From: Malacoraja senta
Taxonomy: Eukaryota
Reading direction: 5' to 3'
DNA: 64,000 nt
NCBI GenBank assembly: GCA_038087875.1
Contig: CM075996.1
Location: 3,288,001 to 3,352,000, forward strand
Shown: piece by piece, positions 26,212 through 37,580 of the stretch
How the letters are laid out: each line of letters starts with the position of its first letter
Position numbering within the stretch: position 1 is the stretch's first letter
The notes under the pieces: model-generated
Told to the model about the DNA's origin: nothing
Database searches by the model: none
The model's input: only the letters and a program-made list of their open reading frames with translations
Translations under genes and position numbers: made by a program

Positions 26212-26835
26212 GCTTTGAATGTACTCCAAATTAGATTAAAATCCTTCAGAGTTACAGATACGATATTTCTTTAAGAAAGAACTGCAGGTGCTGGAAAAAT
26301 CAAAGATAGACAAAAATGCTGGAGAAATTCAGCGGGTGAGGCAGCATCTATTGAGCGAAGGAATAGGTGACGTTGCAAGGGCAGGTACCAGTTGAGGGGG
26401 TGGTTTGGGCGGGAAGGGACGAATTGACCAGGGAGATACGATATTTCTGTTCACATACACCCCACTGTATACAACACAGCAGAGCAGTGGGCAGGATTTG
26501 GTACAGGCACCAAATGTATAACACTATCTGCAAGAGTACCAAGAAAGGAATGTCTCAGATTTGTTCCTAGATGTGAGCAAAGGCCATATTGAGAGTAATA
26601 TATTGGGCCTCAGTTCCCTTCATGGGAAGGCTGCCTATTTCACTGGAATATGTGTAGTGTCATATGCGGACAGATCAGACATTTTAAAGTACGTTTTACG
26701 TGAACATCCTCAAGATACAACATCCCAAATACTCTCTGCGATGCTGATTGCAGAATGAGAAGTCGAGTTTCGGGTTTGTTGCCTGACCCGCAGAGCATTT
26801 CCACTTTGGATCACACACACGCCACAATTGTTTAC

Positions 26836-27006
26836 CATTTCATATTTGTAGGTTGAGCGCTGAAACATGTTCTTGGTTCTCTGAATATACAACAAAATGT
26901 TGGCAAACACACGGATCGAATCCTGATAACGTCGCATCATCAAATAGGCAAAGCCCACATAGTAATAAGTTGTGACCTGACACTCTGGCACCCTGGAGTA
27001 CATACT
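26836..27006 (-). CDS. EIF3L: EIF3L exon
   Basis: SMYSRVPECQVTTYYYVGFAYLMMRRYQD...YKYEM; 171 nt. Confidence 0.95.
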
Positions 27007-27127
27007 CTGCAATGGAATCAAACAAAATTTGGGATATTATTAAAACGGAATTGACGCAGATATAATTAAATGGATAAATACAAGAGAAAAGGTTTGAAAT
27101 ATAAATTCAGAGGATACACAGACTTAA

Positions 27128-27454
27128 GGGCCTGTCCCACTTACGCGACTTTTTCGGCGACTGCCGGCACCCGTCATAGGTCGCCGAAAATTTTCAACAT
27201 GTTGGAAATTCAGCGGCGACCAGAAAGACGCTTCGACTCTTTGGGTGACTAGGAGTCTACTCACGACCATATAGGCAACACCCTGGCGACATGTCGCGGG
27301 GTGAAGCCTGTATGGCCGTGAGTAGTCGCCCAAAGAGCCGTACCTTGTTCTGGTCGCCGCTGGATTTTAAACATGTTGAAAATTTTCGGTGACCTGTAAC
27401 GACCTATGACGGGTGCCGGCAGTCGCCGAAAAGTCACGCAAGTGGGACAGACCC
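27128..27454. mobile_element. MITE with TTAA target-site duplication (Kolobok/T2-like termini)
   Basis: TTAA|GGGCCTGTCCCACTT...AAGTGGGACAGACCC|TTAA with long imperfect TIRs; CpG-rich. Confidence 0.85.
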
Positions 27455-28494
27455 TTAAATCATACACCTACAAAACACAGCGTTTAATTTAGCTTGGAAC
27501 AGAGTGGGCTATCCAGCATTTTAGACATTAACTTAAAGTTAGTTTACCGTCCTAAGGGAAAGATGTGCAGGTTTATCATTTATTAGATACACACAGCCAA
27601 TGTGGAAAAAAATCTCTGTGCAGCAAACAAGACTGTTTTTAATATTGCCAAAGAATTCACAGGTTCAAAGGAATAAAAGAAAAGACAACCAGGATGAAGA
27701 GCCATCAACACTTGCCTCCACTGGTGTAGACTTCCAGTTGGCGGCTAATGAAAGATTGCTTTATAACAAGGCTTTCATTTCTTAAACCAGGCACCTGTCT
27801 GCCAGAATCCACTTCTCACTCTTTTGACAATCAAGTCTGTAGGATCCCTATAAATCTAGCAGCCAGGGTGAATTACTAAGTTGTTACATCCTTCCCTGAT
27901 AAAACAGCAGGAAAAGAACTGTTCCACTTACTTATCTGCTACAATTATTGCAGGATTATTATGGGATAGAATGAGCCAGCAGTTTCAGTAATCCTAAGAC
28001 ATTGTTACATGTCAGTAGGTAGCAGCACATCAGAAGTGATATCTATAGAACAATTAAAATCTTACTCTATTTTCGCTCAGTTGGGACAAATTATCTTTCA
28101 GATTCTGCAACTGGGATAACGGTGTTAATTAAAAAGTCGCAACCGCAGCCATATAATTAGGCAGAAATGGACGCATGTTCAGAGCTACAGAAGGCTTTGA
28201 AGTTTACACTAACACAAGACTCAGAAAATACTGCATCTTAAAATGGAGAAGTGAAATCATTAATGTGTGGTCCCCTCTTCTTTTATTCCCCTTCAGCCAA
28301 TTACTATTTAAAAAAAACTCTTGGCTAAGTATATAATTCTGAAGTCTAGTTTGGTTCATAATATTCTCAGATTCTTTGCTCGTTATCTGTGGCACTTTCA
28401 ACTTTTTGTAAAGAAGCGCCAATGTTGGGCATCCAGCACATAACAAACTTGACTGTGAGCAATGGAAAGCCAATGTTAGTTCAGCGAAACGCAC

Positions 28495-28648
28495 CTTTTT
28501 ATTGAGTTCATGTTCTCAAGCACTTTGATGGCCTGGTAGTAATCTCCAAGTAGGGAATGGAGACGCAGGAGCCCAACCAAGCTGAAATATCCCAGCATCT
28601 TGTACAGGGAGTGTCGTCCATACTCCCCAGCAACACTCTCAGGGTCTC
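28495..28648 (-). CDS. EIF3L: EIF3L exon with apparent 1-bp deletion near 28510
   Basis: [45 protein letters not shown], then AT-GAA-CTC-AAT-AAA-AAG where IELNKK is expected. The exon is 154 nt but phase requires 155. Confidence 0.92.
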
Positions 28649-28877
28649 CTGTAACCAACAAAAGGGAGATTTGTAGAAAGGAACTGTAGATGCTGGTTTA
28701 AACTGAAGATTGACACAAAAAGCTGGAGTGACTCAGCAGGACAAGCAGCATCTCTGGACAGAAGGAATGGGTGACGTTTCGGGTCGAGACCCTTCTTCGC
28801 CCATTCCTTCTCGCCAGAGATGCTGCCTGTCCCGCTGATTTACTCCAGCTTTTTTTGTCTACCAACAAAAGGGAGAT

Positions 28878-29380
28878 GTCAAGTCAAGTGAGTCAAGTCA
28901 AGTTGAGTTTATTGTCATGTGTCCCTGATAGGACAATGAAATTCGTGCTTTGCTTCAGCACAACAGAACATAGTAGGCATTGACTATAAGGCATTCTATA
29001 AATATATACACACATGAATCAATATACTGATAAAGTGCAAATAACAGTATTGGCTAATAAAGTTCAGTGTTATGTCCGAGCCCAGGTTTAATAGCCTGAT
29101 GGCTGTGGGGAAGTAGCTGTTCCTGAACCTGGTCGTTGCAGTCTTCAGGCTCCTATACCTTCTACCTGAAGGTAGTAGGGAGATGAGTGTGTGGCCAGGA
29201 TGGTGTGGGTCCTTGATGACACTGCCAGCCTTTTTGAGGCAGCAACTGTGATAGATCCCCTCGATGGAAGGCAGGTCAGAGCCGATGATGGACTGGACAG
29301 TGTTTACTACTTTTTGTAGTCTTTTCCTCTCCAGGGCGCTCAAGTTGCCGAACCAAGCCACGATGCAACCGGTCAGCATG
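28878..29380 (-). mobile_element. Rex1/Babar-like LINE 3' fragment, near-identical to the copy at 17522-18000
   Basis: Same peptide and the same 3' UTR and tail. Confidence 0.8.
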
Positions 29381-30396
29381 TTAGTACGAAAGAGCCAATG
29401 CAAACATTCAGACCAGTTATTATTAACTAGAATCTAAAAATCGATGACTTGGTTTAGTTTAGTTTAGAGATACAGAGCGGAGACAGGCCCTTCGGCCCAC
29501 CGAGTCTGTGCCGACCAGCGATCCTCCCCGCACACCAACACTACCCTACATGTATTTGGGCCAATTTTACATTTACACCAAGCCAATTAACCTACAAACC
29601 CGTACGTCTCTGGAGTGTGGAAGGAAACCGAAGATCTTGGAGAAAACCCATGTAGGTCACGGGAGAAAGTACAAAACTCCGTACAAACACCCGTAGTCAG
29701 GACCGAACGCAGGTCTCTGACGCTGTAAGGCAGTAGCTCCACCGCTACGCCACCATGGTTATATAACAGTACAAAATGTATTTCACTGTGACTGGTACAC
29801 TTGACAATAAAGAAACCATTGTACCATGAAGAACAGGCCAATCAGCCCACATTGCTTGCGATGAACAAGATACTGAGACCAACTCTGCACATAATCCATA
29901 CCCCTCCATTCTTTGCATATCCATGTGTCTATCCAAAAGTCTCCTAAATGCCACCGTCGAATCTGCCTCCACCACCATCTCCGGCAGCAACTTCCAAGCA
30001 CTTACCACCCACTGTGTAAAAAAAAACCTTGCTCCACACATCTCCTTTAAACTTTGCCCCATCTCACATTAAAGCTACGCCCTCTAGTATTTGATTATAA
30101 TTTATTATATACACAAAGCAAACGTGAAAAATATATTGTGTAGGAAAGAGCTGCAGATGCTGGTTTAAATTGAAGATAGACACAAAATGCTGAAGTAACT
30201 CAGAGGGACAGGCAGCATCTCTGGAGAGAAGGAATGGGGTGACATTGCGGGTCGAGTCCTTTCTTCAGACTGAGGAAAATATATTCCTATGCAGAAAACA
30301 AACATGTTTTTAATGTTTCCGAAGAATGCACAAGGCCAAAGGAATAAAAGGAAGACAATCAACCTCTTCACAGAATGAAGAGACGTCAACACTTGC

Positions 30397-30567
30397 CTCC
30401 ACTTGTATAGACTTCCAGCTGGCGATTGATGTTGGATTTATCCACTAGGGAATGCAAGACATTGAGGACACTGTGAACATTCCAGATTTTGGGATTCGAC
30501 CGCAGGAAATCAATCTCCTCCTCTGTCTTCTTGGCTGTTTGCAGCGGTACTGGCTGAAAGATTGGAA
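30397..30567 (-). CDS. EIF3L: EIF3L exon with apparent 1-bp deletion near 30539; GC splice donor
   Basis: FQSFSQYRCK, then a frameshift, then AKKTEEEIDFLRSNPKIWNVHSVLNVLHSLVDKSNINRQLEVYTSG. The exon is 171 nt but phase requires 172. Donor GAG|gcaagt. Confidence 0.9.
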
Positions 30568-30999
30568 CTGTGTAGAGAATCAGGGAAAAAGTTGGAATGA
30601 AAATACTTCAATATAATGCATGTCAACCTTTAGGCCAAATCAAGTCTGGGAAAAGCAAATGAGAGACATTTCTACTTGTAATCTGACCAAATGCTTGGCT
30701 CCACTCTATAGGCAAACCTCTGCTTGGTTCTGCTCAAAGGCAGATTTGAATTCATCAGCATATACTTAAATCAGTCTGGGTATGTGTTGCAGAGGTTAGA
30801 AGCAAGTAGGGTTCAACTACACATAAATACTAGGACAAATAGGGTAACAAATCGATTTTATAACCAACCCAAGTCTAACCAAACCTAATGTTATAAACTA
30901 GGGTCATAATATTCTACTTCCACGATCACACATGTCTATCTGAAACAGAAAAGGGTTGATATCCGGGCAAGTTAACGTGAAGAGAAGACAGAAAGTCAC

Positions 31000-31073
31000 C
31001 TGGTAAATAAACTCGTCAATGATGTCCCACAGCCACTGATTCGGGAGCTCCAGGGGAACAGGGCCATCAGCGT
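31000..31073 (-). CDS. EIF3L: EIF3L exon
   Basis: [24 protein letters not shown]; 74 nt, AG/GT boundaries. Confidence 0.94.
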
Positions 31074-32542
31074 CTAAAGGAAGGACAAGAGATGGTTTGA
31101 TTTAAAAATGACGACATACATAGAACGGTTCGCACTGAACATGCCAGCACTGAACATGATGCCAAGTTAAACTAATCTCTTCTGCCTACACATGATCCAC
31201 ATCCCTCAATCCCATGCCTATCCATGTGCCATTGCAAAATCTACAGACCCAAAAATACAAACATTCTGGTTGAGTTATTATCGCCTGGAGTAGCAGCCTC
31301 AGAATTCTCTCTGAGGTCATGTACGAAAAAAAATATTCTCCTCACATACTCTTTGGTAGCTTGCTATTCCAGAGGTGTCCTAATCATTTTTACTGAGACT
31401 TTCAAGCATTCACGATTCCCAAAGAAGGGTCCTGACCCAAAAACATCATCTATCTGTGTTCTCCAGACATACTGCCTGACCCGCTGAGTTATTCCAGCAC
31501 TTTTGTGTATTTAAAAAAAATAATAACTGGCATCTGCAGTTCCTTGTTCATGCACAATTCCCCAGAGTATTTCTGCACATTTATTTTTACATATAACTGC
31601 TAACCCACAATACTTAAGCATTCTGGTTTTACTGATCCACACACTTGGATTTTTGTATAAAGCCCAATGACATTATCAGAGCTTGTTGGCAGCAAAACTT
31701 AGAGGAAGTGGAGCGACAGGAAGCTTGTGCAGAGAATAAATACTCAGTTCATTGCCGCAGACTGCTGTGGAAGTCAAGACATTGAGTATTTTTAAAGCGG
31801 AGATTGAAAGATTCTTGGTTAGCAAGGGTATCAAAGGTTACGGGGAGAAGGCCAGGGGAGAAGGCCAGGAGAATGGGGTTGAGAGGGATAAATAGGTCAG
31901 CCATGATCGAATGGCGGAGTGGACTCCATAAGCCGAATGGGCACATTTTTCAGATTTTAGAGATACAGTGCAGAAACTGGCCCTTTGGCCTACCAAGCGC
32001 TGTAAGGCTGCAACCTCACCGCAGCGCCAGTGTGCTGCTTATTCTGCTTCTATGTCTTACAGTCTAAATGGACCCTGGGTTGACCAACCCATGCCTGGCC
32101 CACACTATGCAGCGTAGTGAGGCTGCATATCAGAAGGGTGCACTTTTGGTTGATGTTTTGTGTTCAGACCTGGCTTGATTGCAGCTTTGAACTCATTCTC
32201 AGCCTCCTGTTTCTCCCCCTTTGCAACAACCAGGGTTTATTGTTTTACACCGAGTATAAACTCTAATACAGAATAACCCTTTTACCCAGCTATTCCTACA
32301 ATCCACACCCTCCCTCCACCCCACCCTCACGCACATCTCTGTTCCTCGGAGTTATATAGTACAAATTAATGATCTCTTCGACTGTGACATGATTAGATGT
32401 GTTAAAGTAATTATGAAATAATGCTAATATTCACTGAGTTTCTCCCTTTCTGTGGGGAGTGGCAGGGGAACGTAAGAAGAGGTCGACAGGAATGAGGTTC
32501 AAAAGAAAGAGGACAGAATCGGTATTTTACAAAATTTCTTAC

Positions 32543-32612
32543 TGAGAATGTAGTTGAACAGATTGCAGTAGTTGTAGTAAGATTCAAACCTCTGTTCCAG
32601 CGTAGGTCCTCC
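32543..32612 (-). CDS. EIF3L: EIF3L exon
   Basis: GGPTLEQRFESYYNYCNLFNYIL; 70 nt, AG/GT boundaries. Confidence 0.94.
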
Positions 32613-34472
32613 CTGGGAAGTGCAAGAAATATTTAGTAACACAGAAGCATTGCAGGCTCAATGTGTAGGAAGGAACTGCAGATGCTAGTTTAAACCGAAG
32701 ATAGGCACAAAATGCTGGAGTAACTCAGCGAGACAGGTAGCATCTCCGGAGAGAAGGAATGGGTCTGAAGAGGGGTCTCAACGAAATGTCACCCATTCCT
32801 TCTCTCCAGAAATGCTGCCGTCCCGCTGAGTTACTCCAGCATTTTGTGTCTACCTTTGATCCAGCATCTGCAGTTCTTTCCTACAGAAACAGTCTCTTTG
32901 GCCCTCAATCAATCAGGGAGAAAATTCTTAACACAGTGACTGTTAAAGTGCATTGTCCAGACATGAAGAATATTAGAACATTTTGATGCATATTAAACAG
33001 CTGCATGCATTGTTTGTCTTCAGTCATAAGTAATTTGCCACCCTCAGCCAAAGAGCTTTCAGGTATAGGTGTGAATACTCAGAAACGTGCCTTACATTAA
33101 GGTGATCCTGGAGTTAGTGTCGACACTGGATCGCTGTAAAGGAGGATACCCACATTGTGCAATTTGAAGTGTGGCTTCAACATGCAAACAGTGAATTTCC
33201 CTTGAAAATCTGCACCATGATGGATCTTGCATAGCAATTATGTCACTATTGATTTCAACCAAAGGGGAAGGACCTTAAAAGATGCTGCCTGACCTGCTGG
33301 ATTACTCCAGCATTTTGTGTCTATCGTTGCCGTCTGACTAAGTCTGAAGAAGGGTTCCGACCTGAATAGTCACCCATTTTTTTCTCCAGTGATGCTGCCT
33401 GACCCACTGAGTTACTCCAGCACTTTGTGTCTAACATTGCATGCTCCCTACTTTCTTTTTGAATTAAGATATAGTTTAGTCTACAAATGACACTGTGGCA
33501 CCACAGTCTGCATGGCGGCCTCATAGCTCCAAGGACCCACATTCATTCCTGATATTGGGTGCTGTCTGTGGGGAGTTTGCACATTCTCCCTGTGACTGCA
33601 TGCGTTTCTCCAGGTGCTCTGGTTTCCTCCCATATCCCAGAAAATGGGCTAGGTTGACAGGCTACCCTCGTTAATGGCAAATAAAATCAAGGACATAGAA
33701 GAGAGAACAGTTGGCAAGTTGCGGAGAATCAAGGCGAGAGGATTGCTCCCCTGTGCTGAATAACCTCTTTCATTATATGCACAAGATAAAATTGTACAGA
33801 AGCTTAACTTCAATACTTAACTCCCTGTGATAAATCTTCAACAAATTAACACTTAATAGTCACACTGTGCTGTGGACTTTCCAAAGATTATAAAGCCAGC
33901 CTGCAGTTTTCGCATCAAGCTCTCTGATCTTTCCACGTGTCTACCATTAAGCATTAAGACTGCAGATGTTACTGAGAGATTGCAATCAGAAATGCAAGCC
34001 AGAATTGAAAATAAAATTCTCAGAATAAGCCTAAAATGGCACATTCAGTAAATAAATCAATCCAAGGAAAGGTCCCGACCCAAAACGTCACCTATCCATG
34101 TTCTCCAGAGATGCTGTCTGACCCACTGAGCTACTCCAGCACTTTGTGTCTTTGTTTGGTAAACCAGCATCTGCAATTCCTTGTTTCTCCAAATAAATGA
34201 TACTATTGGGTACACGATCACAAGATCCAAATTTGATTTCTATAGGCCAGGGTGTGTTCAGCTGATTAAAGTGTTATGAAGCTAAACATGTCTCTGTGTG
34301 ATTTCACACAGACATTATTATAAGAAAGAACAAATTATTAGAAATAAGTCTGTATTGTTTTATATTAATTATTGAGCACAAATAAGAAACTATAAATAAT
34401 ATCTCTGCATTTACACAAGTATTTAAAAATAGCATGCAAAAATGGTATGTTTAAGAAACTTAAATTACTTAC

Positions 34473-34534
34473 GCTAACTTTAGCATAAATGTGCCTGTAG
34501 TAGAGCTCCTTGTAAAGAATAAGGAAGACAGCAT
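34473..34534 (-). CDS. EIF3L: EIF3L exon
   Basis: AVFLILYKELYYRHIYAKVS; 62 nt, donor gtaagt. Confidence 0.94.
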
Positions 34535-35202
34535 CTGGAACAGACAATTAAGCAGATAAGTACAGTTTACTGAATCTCAGCAATTACTTCTATCAATGGA
34601 GAATTAAACAGTATTGGGATTTGAGTCAGGAGCTCAGGAGGAGAAATGCAAAGGGAAAATCTTTTCACTCAGTTGCAGACAATCATGCAAGTGAAAAGGA
34701 TCCCATGCACTGACTTTAGAGATACAGCGCAGAAACAAGCCCTTCGGCCCTCCGGGTCTGCGCCGACCAGCGCACTAGGGACAATTTACAATTTTACTGA
34801 AGTCAATTAACCTACAAACCTGCACGTCTTTGGAGTGTGGAGGAAACCGGAGCACCCGGAGAAAACCCACACGGTCGCAGGGAGAATGTACAAACTCCTT
34901 ACAGACAGCACTCATAGTCAGACTCGAAACTGGGTCTCTGGCGCTGTAAGACAACAGCTCCTACATTGTGCCGCTTTGTGCCTGGAATCTGTTCCTATTT
35001 CATTTATACAGAGCCCCTAATATCGAGTTTTGAGAATTCTGCAAAGTTCCCATGACACCAAACATTTAAAAGGGTAAAAGCAAAGAAAATGTGCATACTG
35101 AATAGTTTTTATGTATTCGTCTTACTCTGCAGGTAGGACATAAATTGTGCAGGGTTGGACTCTGTTAACAAGGAATATCAATTTCAAAACTGAAAATTGT
35201 AC

Positions 35203-35282
35203 CGTTCCGACATATGGAGGCAATTGTTTCTGCTTCTGGCCAGGGTGAGTTTTTGAAGAACCTCTCTGTCAGTTTGTTCCAG
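35203..35282 (-). CDS. EIF3L: EIF3L exon
   Basis: WNKLTERFFKNSPWPEAETIA...; 80 nt, AG/GT boundaries. Confidence 0.93.
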
Positions 35283-36434
35283 CTGAGGTAAGAGAGTAAA
35301 CAAGGGAAATTAATAAACATTAAAAATATTTTCCTTGAACAAAATTAATCCAAAATATTAACTGTCTCTTCCTCCACAGGTGAGGTTTACCGGCATATTG
35401 TGTTTCTAATTCAGAGTTTAAAGATATCGCCAAATGCTTTAGTGATCTTTATACTCCAGCCATGATGGCCAAGAAAATATGAAGCATCTTTCTGATTGTA
35501 ATGAGGTCTTGTAGAATTATCAACTTTTCAAAAAGCTCCTTTATTCCCCCCCCCCCCCCCTCATAACTATAAAATTGTTACTAATACACCCAATAATTCC
35601 AGGAGATATGTCTGCTAGTTGGAATATGGAACTTACTCCAGAAGTAGTTTCCTTAACCATTTAAGGTGAAACTTGGTTAACATGAAGAAGAAAGGAATGG
35701 AGAGTCATAGCCCTTTCAGCCCAACTTGCCCACGCCGACCAGCAAACATGCCCCATCTACACTGGTCCCACCTGCCTGCGTTTGGCAAACATCCTTCTAA
35801 ACCTATCCAATCCATGTACCTGTCCAAATGTCTAAAATAAATGATGATATAATGAAATAAAGTGTAACAGAGAACATTCACACGGAACAGAAACACATAG
35901 ACCAGCTGAGCCGAATAGCTTGTTTTGCTATTCGCACATCATACAGCGTGCAAACAAGCCCTTCGGCCCAACTTGCCCACACCGATCAACATGTCCCTTC
36001 TACACTACTCTCACCTGCCTCGTTTGGTCTATATCCCTCCAAACCTGTCCTATCCATTTCTGGATTGAATCTCGCTGGAGATTCACACAGAGAGTGGTAA
36101 ATCTGTGGAATTCTCTGCCACAGAAGGTAGTTGAGGCCAGTTCATTGGCTATATTTAAGAGGGAGTTAGATGTGGCCCTTGTGGCTAAAGGGATCAGGGG
36201 GTATGGAGAGAAAGCAGGTACAGGATACTGAGTTGAATGATCAGCCATGATCATATTGAATGGCGGTGCAGGCTCGAAGGGCCGAATGGCCTACTCCTGC
36301 ACCTATTTTCTATGTTTCTATGTTTCTATGGTCTTAACACTTGCTGACAGACCTATATTTCAAAAAATACTGCAAACTAATCTTCTGCATTTACTAACAA
36401 ACAAATATGTAACTGCATATTTTATTACTTGTAC

Positions 36435-36645
36435 CTGTTTTCATAGATATCCTGAATCTCATAGAGCTTCTGTTCAATCAGATCACTGGACACACGGTTG
36501 GACTGCAGCTCATACACCTTCTGTTCAATCAGGTCAGTCACGGTCTTGTGGAAGTATTGGATGAAATTTTTGATCACTTCTGGGATCACGTGGTAAGTTT
36601 GTTGTTCATACTGTCGCTCATAAGCAAGGTCCTGCTTGGGATCCC
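36435..36645 (-). CDS. EIF3L: EIF3L exon
   Basis: DPKQDLAYERQYEQQTYHVIPEVIKNFIQYFHKTV...YEIQDIYEN; 211 nt. Confidence 0.95.
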
Positions 36646-37537
36646 CTGAGAACACATGAAAAGCACTTTCAAAATACTGGCAAATTAACTAGTTGAGAAC
36701 CGTTGTATAGGAAGGACCTTCAGACTTTAGAGGTACAGAGCGGAAACAGATCCTCCGGCCCACTGAGTCCGTGCCGACCACCGATCAGCCCTCACACTAG
36801 CACTAGGGACTATTTATAAAAGCCAATTAACCCTCAAACCTCTACGCTTTTGGAGTGTGGGAGGAAACTGGAGCACCCGGAGAAAATCCACGCGGTCACA
36901 GGGAGAACGTGCAAACTCGGTACAGACAGCATCCGTCGTCAGGATCGAACCAGCTCCTTGGCACTGTGAGGCAGCAACTCTACCGCTGCGCCACAGTGCC
37001 TCCCAAACCTGACACTCATGGTTGCAGTAAAGTATGCAACTGAAATCTCCTCTTCTAGTCCCAGAACTGGGATGATTACAACAGCAGTGTGTGACCGATT
37101 TCCCACAAAATGGCAGGAAGAGGTTTAGGCCAAGCCTGAGTGAGAGGTGCAGAGAGAGATCAGATGACGAGGGCACAAGTTTTCTGAAGAGCTTTTCCAT
37201 CAGGCTTCGTGGGCTGTGGGCTCTTTAGCCCATTCATTAATTGCCTCTATTATGGATCTACTGCCGTTGTTGCTCTCACAGACCACTTAGTGGATGGATC
37301 AGGTTCAGGCAGGTCTCCCAGAATATTTAACCAAATGAGGCACGAGCTTGCAATCTCCTACAGGCAAACTATCCTTAACACTCCCTTGTAAGAGTGGAGA
37401 ACGAATACCTACACTTATGGTCAACCTCAGTCACATCACTAAGGCTTGTTTCTGGGTAACTACTTTTTGCAGCACAAATCAGCTCATGCTTGTCGCACAT
37501 AATGGTGTGACAACAAATTAATTAAACAAGGATTTAC

Positions 37538-37580
37538 CAGTATGAAGGTCGTAGTCAGCATTGTAGGCGTATGGATCGTA
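37538..37580 (-). CDS. EIF3L: EIF3L most 5' coding exon found (the ATG exon was not located)
   Basis: Acceptor ttcatag|, translates YDPYAYNADYDLHT, donor G|gtaaat. Resembles the N-terminal YDPYAYPSDYDMHTG that I recall for EIF3L. Confidence 0.85.
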
